From Spongospora subterranea f. sp. subterranea (lineage: Eukaryota), in assembly GCA_049724395.1 (NCBI GenBank), contig JAUGWO010000024.1, positions 62,001-126,000 on the forward strand: DNA of 64,000 nt. Direction: 5' to 3'. The notes beneath the pieces were generated by a model. That model was not told where the DNA came from. It ran no database searches and saw nothing but the letters and a program-made list of their open reading frames with translations. Below, piece by piece: positions 25,556-38,747 of this stretch; within the stretch, counting starts at the first letter, position 1, and each line of letters begins with the position of its first letter. The translations under genes and the position numbers were made by a program.

Positions 25556-26989
25556 TCTTCCGCCTTCTTGGTTCTGTTCTTACGGTCTCGAAATTTCGAT
25601 CGGAACGCGCCTAAGCGGTTTTGATTCAGCAATCATTCTCCTGGCCCGCATCATGAGACGGGACGAAACTGAGAAGGATCAGAGACAACATCGTTCGACT
25701 TGACAAGGTGAGGCGACAACATCTGACGTCAACGACGACTACTTGATGATAGATGGGGATAGGGTTGCTCAGGGCGAAATAGTTCTTGTCATGTCTGAAT
25801 GTTCAACATCCATGCGTTCCTACGTTCAACAGATTCTGGGCTTTGGAATATCGATCGGCTCAAGTGCAATTTTGATTGTGTGGACCCTTGTCGCCACCTG
25901 AAACTTCCCACAACCCCTTTAATATGTCTGGAGCATCAAAACGGTGCATTATTTGTACAATGTATACGGCAGTTCTGCAGGACGTTCTGTTCTTTCCTCA
26001 AATTAAATGCAGTCAAGGGAGGCGGTCCAATTGATCTCGTCGGACGACTGAAGAATAGAAAACACGAGAGAACAAAGGGGCGCCTTTTATTGAATGCGGA
26101 CAGGTTCGGGTTCCTCTCTAAATGTGAGTAAAGTATTTGATAAGGTCCTGAAGATCAGAATCTATACCTACTTCATCGACCGACTCGAAATCGCAGCTGG
26201 AACATATCCTGGCAATCGCTGGCTCATCTAAGCCTGACATGGATCTTCAATACCATATCAACATTCATGTTTACTCGCCATTAGGAGAGGAACCCGAACC
26301 AGTCCGCATTCGATAAATGTGCCCCTTCGCTCTCGTGTTTTCTATTCTTCATTCGTTGGTAATCGTGAACGCGCGCAGCAGTGTTTCCGTGCAGGAGCCA
26401 TTCTTTCTTTCAGGTTCTTCGATAACAAAACGTTGACTTGTTTAGAGTAAGAGATTCGATATAAATATATATCTGCAGGCTGGACCACAACTCTGGTCGA
26501 AAATGTTATTGCAGCTTGCCCTGGATTCGTCAATCGACTCGATGCCAGTACCGACATCAACAACAATGGGGCTGAGTGATACTTGCTGAGATTATCAGGT
26601 TTATCGTCCCATGGTTGGTGATCGACGTCGCCCGGTGCTGATCGAGGCACTGTCTTCAGACTCAGAACCGTGTACTATCCACAGCCGTTGGAACCCTGAT
26701 CGAGTGCTTGGCAGCCAGCGACCGCAACATTCGTTGATCGAAACAGACCCTTGTTGCTATCACCTTCATGTGATTTCTCACAACTTCAAACACAAACTCG
26801 AAGTTCTCGTCCCGGATCAGAAGAAGTTAACGGCACACAACAAACCGATCTGTTAAGCTGTTTTACTTATTGTTCGGCTGAACGCATGACTGGCGTTTAT
26901 TCAATTAGATAGGAGAAAACAAACGAATCCAGAATTTCGCATCTGTGACATATTAACTAGATTGGATGGAAATCATCAACTTGGTGATT

Positions 26990-27961
26990 CTACGACGACC
27001 CGGACTCGAACGCGATCGTCATCGGTATCGGCTTATGCAACTGCGTTGTGGATTTTTGTCGAACCTCGCCCTTGTTCGCCCCTTTCTTGGCCGGTGAACC
27101 AGGCTGATCCAGCGCTTTCACGTCAGCTGGTTTCGCCTCTGTGTCTTCCTTAACCACAACCGGTACCTTCAGCACCGTTTCCGGCGGCGGTGTAACAACG
27201 ACCACCTTCTCTTCGTTATCCAATTCGCTAAGACCCAGCTCGGAATCACGTGATCCCATCGGTTGGAACGCTCGTTTATGTGCGAAATACGACGTCGATC
27301 CTCGACGTTGAGTGGGAATAACCTCTGGCGGAATGGAGTTCGCCATCGCATAGTCTTCGCTCGAGAACGAGATCCTTTTCTTTTTGTGAATCGAAGAGCG
27401 AGTTTGCCGACCGCAGACCCGATCCGCAATCCCGGCGCTGACCGCAAGTAAACCGGGGATGGTCATGTACAGTAAAGGATAGGATGGCGCTAGGACAATC
27501 GACACCGATATGGCCGACACGATGGCGCTATATGCCCTGGATCGCGTGTACAGTCGCAACGCGACCAGCGTGTTGGCCAAGATGATCATAGCCGCCACTT
27601 GCAAGGAGCAGTACATCCACAGATTCGATATGCTGAGTGAGGCGTATAATAACCCCAGGCTGGTTATGGCACCGATCCTGATTACGAACTGCTGACGGTC
27701 GTCCGCCATCGTCGTGGACAGTAGCTCACTGACCTGAATCGGAATCATGGCCAATACGGGGACGATATTGACCCCGTCATGATATTCGGATAGGACGCTG
27801 TACTGGATGGCGATAAGCGAGTAGAGCAAGGCCCCTATTGATAGAGATAGGGTCGAGCTGGGGATTGCTCGACCAATGCTTGCTAAGGCGCCTACGCTGA
27901 ACAAACCAGCAGCACACCAATGCCCTATGGTGTCGATCGACATCATTGTTGTAAGGTTCAA
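26990..27961 (-). CDS. Intronless multi-pass membrane protein (about 6-7 TM) with disordered cytoplasmic tail
   Basis: 323-aa ORF. The N-terminal ~180 aa are successive hydrophobic helices; the C-terminus is basic/P/S-rich with RISF and RRGS PKA-like sites. Confidence 0.75.
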   Translation of the reverse strand: MNLTTMMSIDTIGHWCAAGLFSVGALASIGRAIPSSTLSLSIGALLYSLIAIQYSVLSEYHDGVNIVPVLAMIPIQVSELLSTTMADDRQQFVIRIGAITSLGLLYASLSISNLWMYCSLQVAAMIILANTLVALRLYTRSRAYSAIVSAISVSIVLAPSYPLLYMTIPGLLAVSAGIADRVCGRQTRSSIHKKKRISFSSEDYAMANSIPPEVIPTQRRGSTSYFAHKRAFQPMGSRDSELGLSELDNEEKVVVVTPPPETVLKVPVVVKEDTEAKPADVKALDQPGSPAKKGANKGEVRQKSTTQLHKPIPMTIAFESGSS

Positions 27962-28222
27962 ATTGATCCTGACAAGAAATTGAGTAAACAGGTCCGGTCA
28001 CCGGTACCAGATCATGTCGGAAATATCTCGTCCAATAAAAAATGAGCCCAGCCCATAATAATATCCAAACCTGCGTTTAGAGGGCAGAGACAACGATTGC
28101 CAACCGTCTGATGCTGTTGCTAACAATAAACCTGGAGCATTGGCAAGCACCTGGAGTATATTACCCAATTGACTTTATTGATGATCCAAGGAGATTGCAT
28201 GATTCTCGCTCACCGAAGTAGG

Positions 28223-29652
28223 CTAGGTAGAAACTTTGGACGTTCCTCCGTCGGCAGTTAGTCTGTTGCGGATCATGACGTGATTGCATCCCTGACCGCA
28301 ATCAGGTTCAGAATCGATATAGGACCTCGATCCACTGAACACAATCGCATGGCCTGTGTCGAGTTGGACAATCTGCTCGTAGGTCTGTGCTGTCAACGGC
28401 ATCTTGGCCTGCAGCTTATTGAACCAGTCGCGACTGAAGAATTTGTGCACAATACATATCGAAGACAATTCGATGAGCTCAGCAGGAATCGTCGCTGGGC
28501 TTTGGGACGAAACGACGATTCGCATACCATGATGACGCATCTGACGAGATAGTTCAATGATGGTTTCGCTCAGACGATCGTTGCCTTCGCTCTTCATGTA
28601 CTTATGAGCTTCATCGAAAACAGCCAGTTTGCCGCAGGTGGTCGGCAAAGTGCGAAATTTTTCCAAAACCACCTCGAATATTCCACGAGCTTCACCGGCC
28701 GTCATCATCGGATCCGTCATGTCACATATGACCACAGTTCCGCTCTTGATAATGTGCTCCAAATCAACACTCTTGTAGAGATCGACATTCTCGGTCGACT
28801 CGGATAATAAGGATTCGATCAATTGTAGCCGAAGAGTTAATGGCGCTAACTGAGCAGGTGTGAATTCCAGACTCGACAATTGGTTCTTAAACGATTGGAA
28901 CGTGGGGTATTCATTTTTTTTCTGCAGTTTTCTGAGCAGATCGAGCAGCGCACCTAGATATAATGGTGGGCTCTTGTCCATATCGACTTGCATCAGGGCC
29001 AACAGTATACCAGCTGTCAGGTCTCGCCATCTGAGTGCCACAATGTCAACTCATGATAACGACAACAAAACTCGATCACTGGCAACCTGAATAGCAACGG
29101 CCGCACCGTGCAGTTTGGCCAATCACGATAGAATTTACTACGTTGCGTAAAGAACGCAGGGCTAACCAGAATAACGAGCTCTTTAACAACGGGAAGGTCC
29201 GGCATCATTTTTGAGCGGAAAGTCAAAAAAGCGACTTCGCAATAGTTTGCTTGATCGGTGTCGTAATGGAATACCAATGCAGCACATGGTTTGTGGGCAC
29301 GTATCACAGGTGGGTAGTTGATCAGACACGATTCCATGATGACCGAGAGACTGTGCGATTTACCCGAACCTTGAACTCCAACAGCTATTGCTGTAAACGG
29401 GACACTGGTATTCAGGAAAATTGGAGCCGAGTCCGGGGTCATTCCTAGTAAACCGTGATCGAAATTCGGACTTGACATTATCTTCTGTTTTCCACACAAG
29501 GTTGCATTGGACTTTGACGACTCGTTAGGATCCAAATAGGAAAAAAACCGGTTCTGAATGGCATCACCAGGAGTGAGTTCCCCTTCTGTGTGTCCCCGTC
29601 CGTTTTGCTCGTTGATCTGGATTTTATCGACCAGGCTGGTAACGTCTTCCAT
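28223..29652 (-). CDS. HerA/FtsK/VirB4-like P-loop ATPase, 2 exons (intron 29086-29031); alternative start 29748
   Basis: Walker A GVQGSGKS, Walker B LAVFDEAHKY, RQMRHHGMRIVVSSQSP (Arg finger plus conserved Gln of the HerA/FtsK clade), C-terminal R.R.TADGG. A 56-nt GT-AG intron restores the frame (FR|WRDL). Confidence 0.85.
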
Positions 29653-29877
29653 CTCTTCCCGTCTGGTTTGCCCTGGCGGGAGTGTTGCCAAGGGAATTGA
29701 CTTGATGCCGACTCGTTTTTTCCTGCTCCCCGGCGACCCTAGAAACATGGCGGACAGAGATTCGACTTTTATGCACGGATCGATAAACAGGTGAGTTAAC
29801 TAATGAGACGGATACCGAATAGGATCATGGAGACGCGTTAACTGGTTATTCAGGGTATGCCATGGACAGCACCAATA

Positions 29878-30100
29878 ACGCGTCAACGCAATGGGCACAT
29901 GGCGTTACGCGCTCGAGCCGGAGTGTATTTCATGAAACGCGATAGACCAACAGCATCAGTTACGCGTCAACGCAATGGGCACATGGCGTTGACACGCACA
30001 AGTGGAGTTTATTTCATGAAACGCGCTTGACCAACACCGTCAATTACGCGTCACCGCAATGGGCACATGGCGTTGACGCGCACAAGTGGAGTTCATTTCA
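29878..30100. repeat. Tandem array of about 2.7 units (83-84 bp), each containing a hairpin
   Basis: Unit begins acgcgtcaacgc-aatgggcacatg-gcgttgacgcg...gtggagt.tatttcatgaaacgcg; starts at about 29878, 29961 and 30045. Confidence 0.9.
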
Positions 30101-30415
30101 ATGACGACTGACAGATGATCCATGCATGGCCGGCTGGCCGTTGCTGAACTACCGGGCCAGATGAACTATTATTAGTGGTTGCGGCATAGGATTGGGATCC
30201 AACCCCTCCTGATAACGGTAAGAAATCATATACATGCTTGTTTTAAGTCTGAAAGATGAACCGTCAATCCGGGATAACAGGCTAAAAAGCGGAAGAAGAC
30301 ACGATCGTCATATTGTCAGGGCAGATCGCATCGTTGGAGACCGTTTCCTTGCTGTTTTGATGCCTTTGTCATTGTTGTTCGCTACTTGAGCCATGCAGGA
30401 AATTGCACTATTATA

Positions 30416-33009
30416 TTATTCATCTGAATCCTCATTACTACCACCTTGGACATCATCCGGCTGATATGTCGTCTCCCTAGTTTTGGATCCCCCTTCTCGA
30501 CTGGACACGACCCTCATCAATGATGATCGCCCTCCCTTCTTCAACTACGTGTTTTTTGCCATGAAAATTCAAAATCAATAGAGCAATTACTAAAGTTCGT
30601 ACAGGTGATATCTTTCGCTTCATCATGGGCCGTACATTCCTCAATTTCATGAAGCTCAACAATTGAGCGGGGATTTCAGACAGCACCTCAGCAGATAGAC
30701 GGTTCATGTCGGAATCTCTATAAAGATTCATTGGGACAAACTGAACAATGTCGCGCTGCGACGTGAAGTTCAGTGGCATGTCGCGATATGGAAGGCGATC
30801 GATTCAACTTACGACAGCCGCTAGCTTCTTGGATGCCAGCTCGCCTGAATCCGCATCCAATACTCGCATATCACTGAAATCTGTATCTCCGATTCCGATT
30901 ATGATCACTGATATCGGTTTGGTTGACATCTTGACTATGCGATGAATCGTCGCCTGGGACGCGGGATCGTATCACAATGCGGGGAGAACGCGAAGGTGTC
31001 TGGAATTACCTTCATGTCGTTCACGACACCATCGGTCAAGATCAACAACAGCGAGTAATGCTGAGTCGACTGCGTAAACGGCAACGACGCGATCTGGACA
31101 AAGTGATTGATGGTTGAACTGGTATTCCAATCGTAACAAACCTGATTGGCAGCCGATAAAACGTCGCCTAACAACGTTGGACCGCTCAAGTCAATTCGTG
31201 AGAAACATTTTCTATATGCTTCAAGGATTCCGGCAACGCCTGTCAAATAAAACACGAACAAAGGTCAGAATGAGCTGAATTTACTCAGTTTTCCGTACTG
31301 GCCTTTCACTTCATCACTTTCCGTATTGAACGTCAATGGGAAACAATGAGAGACCTTCTGCGTTTCTAGTAGTTTCGCTCCGAATCCCCACACGGATATC
31401 ATCTGATCAGAGTCGTAGGGAACCACGATCGTTCCTGGATGGGCATTAGAATCGATAGCGCCGAGCGATCGTGGTGCCAATCCGACCTATCGCCTCGATC
31501 GCTTTCTCGTATTTGTTCATGGTTCGGCGAGTCGGGTCGATATAGTGGTTGGAGATCGGGTTGGTCGGTTCACTGTCGACAAAACACGGTGAGCGGCGAG
31601 GCGAAAAAATCGTGTGAACAGCCGAATAATGGACCTATTGGATGCGGTAAAGTCGATGGCGACCATCAACTTGAGATTGAGCCCACCTTGGATGAAGTCA
31701 AGGAACGACGCCTCTTCCTGGACCTCGATCCGGTTGAACAGAAGAACGCCCGAGTTCTTATAGCGCTTTCCTTTGGAGATGGCCATGTCTGGGTTGATCA
31801 ACGGCAGCATCATCCCTTTCAGGTTCAGTTTCGTGTTGCTTTTTTGCATCAGCTTGCGGGCCTCGTCGTGACCATTCACCATCGTCAACATCTAACAGCT
31901 CCCTACAATCAGTATTGCACCACTACGCTGATTGACGACCACAATATTCACCTGCTTGAAGTTCGTCTTCCCTTGCCCAATCAGCTTCGGTAAACCGATC
32001 GAACTCTTGTGCCAGACTTTGAACATCAATTCTGTCTTATTATCGCTGTTGCACAAAGTTTGTCGCCTCATCGAGAACGTCGCAAACCTGAAATTCCAAT
32101 GGAAAACGTTGGGTAAATCGGTCGGGAAAATCAAACGACACACAGCTGCTCCAGTGTCGATAACCGACCTGGGATTCAACGTCTGGTATGAGATCGGGCT
32201 GGTGAATACCTTCTGCCACAGCTGCATACCCTCATCACCTCCCGGCCTCGTCTTGGAGATCTCAAAGTAGGGATTTGAGGATCGCATACAGCAGCAGCAC
32301 GTTCCCTTCGCATCCATATCCAGTCCAGTGATCTTAACCGCTCGACGTCAGGAGACGATCGACGCCGGTCATCCCCTCCCACCCCCTACCGTGATCTTTG
32401 CGGTTTCGTTGACTCCGCTGACCTCGTCGCATCGGGCGACGACCTGTGCGATCTGTATGCCAGTGAAGTTCTTCACCTCCTGATCCAAGCGATTGCGAAG
32501 GTTCGTGGTTTTGTACAGTCCTTTGGCACCGACGATGTCCCCAATCGTGAACGACCCTGTCATGGCCAACCCAAATCAAACGTCCGATCCCGGAACAGGC
32601 GGGTTCTGAAATCGCTAAAAACATACCCGACCCAATGAAGTTTCGACTGTCGACCGAGTACTGCTGTTTGTCGTCGCCGCTTTGAAATACGCGAGCGATC
32701 AGCTCCTGATTCTCTTCGAAGAAGTACTCGACCGTGAACGCTGCGGCAACGGTCAGCACAAAATCGGGGGAAAAAATTCAACGTCGTCGTCGTCAGCACG
32801 ATCTACGTACTGGTTTCAAAATCCGGATTCTGCATATTCTTGGCCGTTTCTGTACCTCCAAGCAGGACTTCGTTTGAGTTCCGATTGTCACGAAGATATA
32901 GGAAGATTTTGGCGTCGGTTCGGCTGATGTAATCGATTTTGGGTAAATTACGACAGCCCAGAAATATCTCGACTTTTGACGATAGGTTCTCGTCGACCAT
33001 GCCCGACAT
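30416..33009 (-). CDS. Copine (C2-C2-vWA calcium-dependent phospholipid-binding protein), multi-exon
   Basis: CRNLPKIDYISRTD, TETAKNMQNPDF, VEYFFEENQEL, SFLDFIQGGLNLKLMVAIDFTASN, YDSDQMISVWGFGAK, LSGPTL, LLILTDGVVNDM, RDIVQFVP, EVLSEIPAQL. Confidence 0.95.
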
Positions 33010-34749
33010 GTCTGGCAGAATCGGACTTCACGACAGGTTCCCCAACGCGGCCCGCTGTTGCCGGACGACGAAATCTATCCAGGCAACGCATCCGCTGTCG
33101 CAGCGTTCATGGGTTATTTGCCCGATCGCGGAACAGTACCGCATCACGTCAATCGGTTCGTTAGAAGGCGAAGAGTGCTTTTGGTGGTGTGTGTTTGGGC
33201 GTTTATTGGCAAATGGAGAGGAATGTTGTACTCGAATCTCGTCATTCGAGTATTTACCTGTTCATCACCATTCTCTCCATTTTGGGATTGTCTGTGGGCC
33301 ATTCCTGGTCACGAATCCTCCAAATAACAAACGGGAGCCGCGTTGGTGCACTCCCCCCTGCCGGCACTGATCGAAAACAAATGCAGGAATAGTCGATAAG
33401 GGGTTTACAATGGCCGCACAACTGCAGCATAGATAAAATCGAGCAGAACCTAGGGTTGAACCTTCGGCAAGATATCAAAAGGTTCCGTCCAACAACAACA
33501 CCACGTGTGTCAACACAATTACTTTCCGCACCGACCCCGTTTATCTCATTCTTCATTGAGGGTTGTTGCAGACCACGACTGGTTGGTTTGCTGGCTCTCT
33601 TTGCACAATGGATGAAAGAGGAAACAGAAGCTTGTGCAGGTTGATATACCCCCAAATGATGCTGAGAATGTTGGTGGTGTGGGGCAGGACTAGGCCATTT
33701 CTTGGGGCTCGCTGGTCCAAATCGTGTATGGCCGGTTTGTCGAGGGGCTGTCGTAGTCTGGTAATTTGAGTGGAAGCGGACTGGGGGCGAACTATTGTGG
33801 ATTGGATCGCGCTAGTTTACGACTTCAGTGCCTCTTTTGCAAGTATTGCTGGTTTCAGACAGACTGTTGCTGGGAACTGTTTCAAAGTGATTAACAAATT
33901 TTCAACGTTCTTGCTGAGTTTGTCAGATACCAGGAATCAACGATACAGAAGGCAATTGTTTTTTGAGGAATATCGTGGCGCCATTCTCACAGCTATTTAA
34001 TCTGTGTCCATAACCATTAAACTTCGACCACCATCCCGGCTCCAGATCCTCAAGAAATCAAACTCTGATCATGTTCACTCAGACGAAGTCGACGAGGTTT
34101 AGTTTGTGAGTAGGAGGGACTGAAGAGGATTTCGATCGGATCACCAGTGTGGCAACATATGACGAATCATTAGAAAGCCAACGATCTTGATAATTCTGAA
34201 GGCGAACGACATGTTGGATTTACCGGCGATGATGAGGTGCAAGCTACTGTATATCGAGACACTGCTCGAACATAATTAGCGGTTTTTGGCAACAAGGAGA
34301 TGCATGGTTTCGTAGATATGACCAATGGTTGCAGGGATTTATAGAGGAATCAAGTTATCGGATATGACTGAATCAATTATAAAAACCACATCAGATTGTG
34401 CAACTCCTTGAAAACAGTAGTAAAACGTGACAGGTACTCAGTTTCAGTTACGAATGGCCATTCATATTGGATTTGGCACTCGAATAACACTGTTTCTGCT
34501 TCACCAATGGCCGACTCAAATTCCGAACGTTCTTCTGCAACTTCACAATTTCCTTTGTTATCCCCTTCCAGTAATTTCAAATCATCCAGTGCCTTTATTC
34601 ATTTCTAATTCCATTCCAGTCAATGTTTCATTGCCAAATTCACCTTGTCTATAAGCTCCACAATGTCATCTTTTGCCGCCCTGAGATTCGTCTTCCCGCC
34701 AAGAACAGCAAACACGTGCGAGAACCTGATCCTGAAAGTCCCTTCCAGA

Positions 34750-35500
34750 ACGAATAATACGTTCGTTGGGTCTTTGATCTCGAAATACAACGGCTGATGA
34801 TTATAAGCCGATCATCAAGAAACCACATATGGCGCTTTGAACAGATTGGCTTTTGACTTGTCTGTTCGACAGGGGATGAAGACGTTGCACCCTAGTAAAC
34901 CGTCGCTCATGAAGAAATTAGTGCCGACAGTTCTGGCTATGCGATGGCGACAAACTCAACCGTCGTTCCAACTGCGTGTTGGCGAACGTGCTCTGGTTTG
35001 CTCAGCGCCCGCGCCTTGTCCTTGGCGTCGACATCGCTGAATACATCAACCCAAAGATCGGGGCAAAGAATACGTTATCGATCGGCCGTCAACGCTCTTG
35101 AACTGTGGGTGGACACCATCAGAACCCCAGATTCGCTTTACTTTGAGCGGCAACATGCCTGACCCCCAGGCAAGAGGAATGAGCGAACAGCCAGCGTAGC
35201 CGCTAGGGAACCACGTCCTTGAATCCATCATTAGGAGTTGTAGAATGTCGTTTTTCAGAGGTGCTCTTGGCATAATCAACCAGATCGTGTTAAGATCTTG
35301 GCAAAACTCTAGTGTTTGACGGATTGTCGAGGTGATCGTTGAAGATCTGCGCGAACGCGGAGACGCGCCGTTGGCGAGAAGTGTTGAGGGACCGACGCCA
35401 CGTCCCCGCTGTTGTCCTGGACTGACTCAAATGAGAGGACAGACATGGCGGTCAATCCACTAGGGCATTCTGACAGCGTTCTTGTTTGACGCGTTTAATT
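34750..35500 (-). mobile_element. CRE/SLACS-like non-LTR retrotransposon RT relic
   Basis: Fragments WFPSGYAG, GSDGVHPQF (cf. GPDGLRPQHL), ALSKPEHVRQHAVGTT (cf. AL.K..GVRPIAVG) and WFLDD. Heavily disrupted. Confidence 0.5.
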
Positions 35501-35799
35501 CCAACGATGGCATCGCTGGGAAGGAATTTTTGGGAATGGAGTTGGCCACTCATTCAGTGTTTGCGCGGCTTCGGCCGTATTATCAACATTTCGTTGTGGT
35601 TTTTCGAGCAGCATTTGATTCCTATCTCTGAATTCGAGATTTGAGCGTTTTGTAGCTCTAAGATAGCCAGCTCGTTAAAGGTCGTTTTCAAGCGACAGTC
35701 CTCAGCTCTGGTTCCCATGATAATGTTTGCATTTTCATTGAAGTTAATTACCTCCGGCCAGAGTTATTTCAATTTCAAATCTAGCGTTTTGCGTGAATT

Positions 35800-36060
35800 T
35801 GGTTTTGCGGTTAATTAGGTTAAGACTATAATCGCCCAATCGAATGTCATTTCTGTAAAGGCGATATACTGAAGCGAAATTCATGATTTATAGGGGCGAT
35901 ATATTAAAGGCCTATTTTCGAAACAGTTCCGTTCCTATTGCTGCTAAGAGTAAATCTGCAACAAACCCCTGATGCATTTCTGCCCGTCGCTGCACCTTTT
36001 ATCTGGTGGTACAATTTTCCCTGAAATTTCACGAAATTATTCGTTATTATTCAGTGGAAG
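35800..36060 (-). mobile_element. Possible Penelope-like RT fragment
   Basis: FVKFQGKLYHQIKGAATG followed (frameshifted) by FVADLLL and YRLYRNDI, resembling F.G..Y.Q..G.AMG...Y.RYIDDI. Confidence 0.35.
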
Positions 36061-36920
36061 CGATTGGAGAATGAGGTTGAATTCTTTTACGTATGATCTT
36101 TCAACAACTGTTGTAGCAAACCCAATCCATATCTGATATTTAGATTGCGTTCAGATCTACTGTGGCTGATCGAATACCGACCGCCCTTCATCGAACTATC
36201 AACACCGTTTATATTCATTGAATTGTCCTGACGACCCTGTAAGATGGTGAACATCTCATGCAAATACAATTGGGCCACTCCTCGATGTTCACCGATATCT
36301 CACTTGAACCAGATCGACAGCCAGCACACATTTCCACGAACCGTTTCGGGAGATAATTGGAATCCAATATGATGAAAAAACGAATGACCTCGGAAAACGG
36401 GGGCGAGCGGGTGGAACAAATCAGATCAGTTGTACTGTGGATGAAATGATTGGTCGGTGACGTTATGAATTCTATGAAATGACATCACATTGGCCGACTG
36501 ACGACAGGGTTTCGATCTTTCTGAGGTGATCTCAAAGGATCGTTCTCGGCTATCCAAATATATATATGTATTTATATCCAAACAAAATGAAGCATTTCAA
36601 TGAAGAACAGAAACGATTTGTTTCATCAACGTTCATGTATAATCTTCCACAGAGCACGATTGCAATGGCGCTACAAACCGTCACGAATGAGGTTTGCGCT
36701 GACGACCTTCGATTTCTCGCTGAGCTCCCGCATTCACTATTCATGGCCTCGATTGGCGGGATTCCCCAGGGCCTAAGGGCAACGCTGGTTTTGGGATCAA
36801 ATTGATTGACCCGGACACTGGTACCCTGTACACGGGTCACTGCGCAGATTATTCGTGAAATTGCGGGGCGGACTCCGTCACGGCCTATGATGGATCTGGA
36901 TTCACATCTTATTCGACAGC

Positions 36921-38622
36921 ATGGGTTCAACAAAGACAGCTGCTTCGGCGATCAAGTCCAAGAAGGACAAGAAGATCGCTGCTGTTGAAAAACCAGCCAA
37001 GAAGATCGTGAAGTCTGCCGAGGTGAAGACCACAAAGAAGTCCAAGAAGGTCGAGAAGGAACCGGTTGCCGCTGTTGTCGAGAAGAAGAAGGCCAAGAAA
37101 GTGACCGTTGTCAAGGCCGACAGCAAGAAGACCAAGAAGGTCGTACCGGTCGTTGAGTCATCGTCGAGCGATAGCGATTCTTCCTCGGAAGAAGAACAGG
37201 CGCCCGTTGCCAACGATTCCTCCAGCGATGACGACTCCTCGTCCGACGAAGATGAGGTGAAGGCCCCAGTGAAGAAATCCGCCAAGAAACCAGCCGCTAA
37301 GGCCGCCCCTGTCAAGGATTCCTCCAGCGATGACGACTCTTCGTCAGATGAAGAAGAGGTCAAGGCCCCAGTGAAGAAATCCGCCAAGAAACCAGCCGCT
37401 AAGGCTGCCCCTGCCAAGGATTCGTCCAGCGATGAGTCGTCGTCCGATGAGGAAGAAGCCGCTCCAGCTGAGAAGCCTGTTGTCAAGGACGAGTCCTCAT
37501 CCGATGATGATTCGTCTGATGAAGAGACCCCGGCGGCGAAAGTCGTCAAGGCCGATGACTCTTCTAGCGACTCGTCCGACGACGAAGAGGAAGCTGCTGC
37601 AATGAAGGTTGACGAATCCGACTCTGATGAAGACGCCAAAGGCTCAGACTCATCGTCTGATGATGAAGATGAGGGCGCCCAGAAAGCTGAATCCGCCAGC
37701 GACTCGTCATCGTCCGAAGACGAAGCTGAGGCCCCTGTCAAGGTCACCGGAAAGCGCAAAATGGAGAATCAAGGCGAGGAGGTCCCCGCAAAGATGATCA
37801 AGGAAGATGACAACGTTGACACCTCGTCCGTATTTGTCGGTGGACTATCCTATGAAGCGACCGAAGACGACCTTCGTGAAGTGTTCGGCGATTGCGGAAC
37901 GGTCACCTCGGTTCGCATCCCTGTCTTTGAGGACTCAGGCAAACCCAGAGGAATCGCCTTCGTTGAGTTCTCTGAATCCGATGCCGCCAGCAAGGCTTTG
38001 GAGAAGGACGGCGCCGAAATCAAGGGCCGATGGATCAAGATTCAACTTGCCACAAAGAAGACCAACGCGTCGCCTCGTGGAGGAAAGTTCGGCCAGAAAG
38101 GTACTGGCGGCGTATTGATTTTGTGCGAATCCCATTTCTGAATTCCGAATGTAGGAACTGGTGAAAAGCCAGAAGGGTGCACAACTGTCTTCCTTGGCAA
38201 CTTGTCGTTCCAGGCCGATGAGTATTCAATCTCCAAGGTCTTCGAGAACTGCGGTGAAATCGTTTCCGTCCGCATTTGCACAGATCGGTATCCATTGATA
38301 ATGGTCGTAGACATCCAAAACTGATATCGGTCGTTTGTTTAGGGAAACCGGAAAATCCCGGGGATTCGGTTATGTTGAGTTTTCATCGTCAGAAGCCGTC
38401 GATGAGGCCATCAAGAAATCTGGTACTGATTTGGCCGGGCGTGAAGTCCGAGTCGATTTCGCTGGTGCTCGCGGTGAATCAGGTGACAAGCCTTCCTTCG
38501 GAGGAGAACGACGAGGCGGATTCGGCGGCCGAGGCCGGGGTGCTCCACGGGGACGTGGCGCCCCTCGGGGAGGTCGTGGATCAGGAGTTGGTGCTTTCAG
38601 TGGCCAGAAAACAAAATTTTGA
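36921..38622 (+). CDS. Nucleolin-like protein (Nsr1/Gar2 type): K-rich plus acidic Ser tracts, 2 RRMs, GAR tail; introns 38101-38154 and 38288-38342
   Basis: RRM1 VFVGGLSY...RGIAFVEF; RRM2 VFLGNLSF...KSRGFGYVEF; RGG tail ending GQKTKF. An internal 102-bp coding duplication lies at about 37215-37420. Confidence 0.95.
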
Positions 38623-38747
38623 TTATTTCCAATAAATTCTGAAGACAATTGAAACATTCGTTCTTATTCGTAGAACGTGATCTGCGACACGATCAATGAT
38701 CATCGTGTTCAGCGACGTAGAAATCAGAAAATGGCGGCGCGTCTTTT

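Noticed and set aside
29878..30100. CRISPR array
   Set aside because: The inter-hairpin segments are homologous rather than unique spacers, there are no cas genes, and the context is eukaryotic.
36902..37759. 285-aa antisense ORF
   Set aside because: Shadow of the low-complexity, codon-biased nucleolin N-terminus.
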